In this document: one piece after another, positions 63,608-64,000 of the stretch
Layout: each line of letters opens with the position of its first letter
How positions within the stretch are numbered: the stretch's first letter is position 1
Origin: Candidatus Nealsonbacteria bacterium DGGOD1a
GTDB lineage: Bacteria; Patescibacteriota; Minisyncoccia; Minisyncoccales; UBA5738
Direction of reading: 5' to 3'
Length of the DNA: 64,000 bases
Assembly (NCBI GenBank): GCA_022530585.1
Contig: CP092821.1
Location: 134,222-198,221 of the forward strand
Made by a program: the position numbers and the translations under genes
The notes under the pieces: generated by a model
Seen by the model: only the letters and a program-made list of their open reading frames with translations
The model's database searches: none
Told to the model about the DNA's origin: nothing

Positions 63608-64000
63608 ATGTCAAGAAATTATTTGGAAGCGTTCGTGGTTACCGTTATCGCTTTGGCCTTGGGGTATTTTATGGTTTTGCCCAAATTCGGTGAATTGCAA
63701 AGCGTCAAGCAGAGATTGGAGGAGAAAAATGTCGAAATCCAAACCCGCCAAAATTATTTTGCCAGTCTGGAGAAAATGTCGGATGATTTGGACCGGCATT
63801 CGGACGGTTTGAAAAAAATGGAGACGGCCTTGCCGGCCAATCCCGATGTGCCGGCGTTCATGAATTTCGCGCAGGCGACCGCGATGCAGTCGGGGTTGAT
63901 ATTGAAAAGTATCGATTATTCCGGGCAGAACAAAATTTCGGACGCCATGACGCTGTCGGCCGAAGAATTTGTGGACGAAGAAGCCGCGCCGTCCGCTTAT
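63608..64000 (+). CDS. PilO-like protein, second copy (3'-truncated by window end; not in ORF track)
   Basis: ATG 63608 MSRNYLEAFVVTVIALALGYFMVLPKFGELQSVKQRLEEKNVEIQ.. open to position 64000. Confidence 0.5.
   Translation, partial: MSRNYLEAFVVTVIALALGYFMVLPKFGELQSVKQRLEEKNVEIQTRQNYFASLEKMSDDLDRHSDGLKKMETALPANPDVPAFMNFAQATAMQSGLILKSIDYSGQNKISDAMTLSAEEFVDEEAAPSAY

Noticed and set aside
1-64000. Alternative genetic code (e.g. UGA read as Gly, as in some candidate phyla) as an explanation for the in-frame TGA at 9050.
   Set aside because: ORFs of 900-1650 aa are open under code 11, and many genes end cleanly at TGA (ATGA overlaps at 15843, 46375 and 57504). The other two interrupted genes are broken by TAG and TAA, not TGA.

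Overview
This 64-kb window looks like a small-genome, Patescibacteria/CPR-like bacterium. That is an inference from gene content and style; no rRNA is present to confirm it. Standard code 11 fits, because ORFs of 900-1650 aa stay open.

Layout:
(1) 0-20.2 kb is a type IV pilus (T4P)-like locus. It holds a histidine kinase, a receiver, and PilB. Next comes an embedded block of four paralogous secreted Cys-rich proteins plus an opposite-strand secreted ADP-ribosylglycohydrolase-fold protein. After that come a signal-peptidase-I-like gene, an HTH protein, PilC, three prepilin-like/minor-pilin genes, and PilM/N/O.
(2) tRNA-Arg(TCT) and tRNA-His(GTG) are followed by a ~12-kb accessory island (20.5-32.5 kb) that looks more A+T-rich by eye. 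It carries an XRE/ImmA pair, a PD-(D/E)XK-like nuclease, RHH-MazF, an ISNCY/IS1202-like IS, a NYN RNase, two Fic proteins (one with a degenerate motif) and a methyltransferase. The island is partitioned by five copies of a conserved 23-35-nt motif and three copies of the sequence that directly follows tRNA-His.
(3) 32.7-37.4 kb holds small housekeeping and secreted genes plus tRNA-Gly(GCC).
(4) 37.5-52.3 kb holds five consecutive genes for giant secreted or anchored proteins built from shared modules. These modules are 16 copies of a ~93-aa two-Cys repeat, three copies of a ~150-aa DUF4082-like module, TSP1-like repeats and an M64-like metalloprotease.
(5) 52.4-64 kb holds GreA, an MFS half-transporter, PolX, a broken DUF3800 insertion, NUDIX, a PP-loop enzyme, a radical SAM protein, an MGMT-like protein, ComF, and a second pilM/N/O set that runs off the window end.

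Several intergenic repeat families are present: a ~127-nt palindromic element whose terminal repeat abuts start codons, a 160-bp MITE, and a 35-nt hairpin. I found no CRISPR array, rRNA, reverse transcriptase or integrase. All identity estimates are by eye. Family names come from recognised motifs, not from searches.
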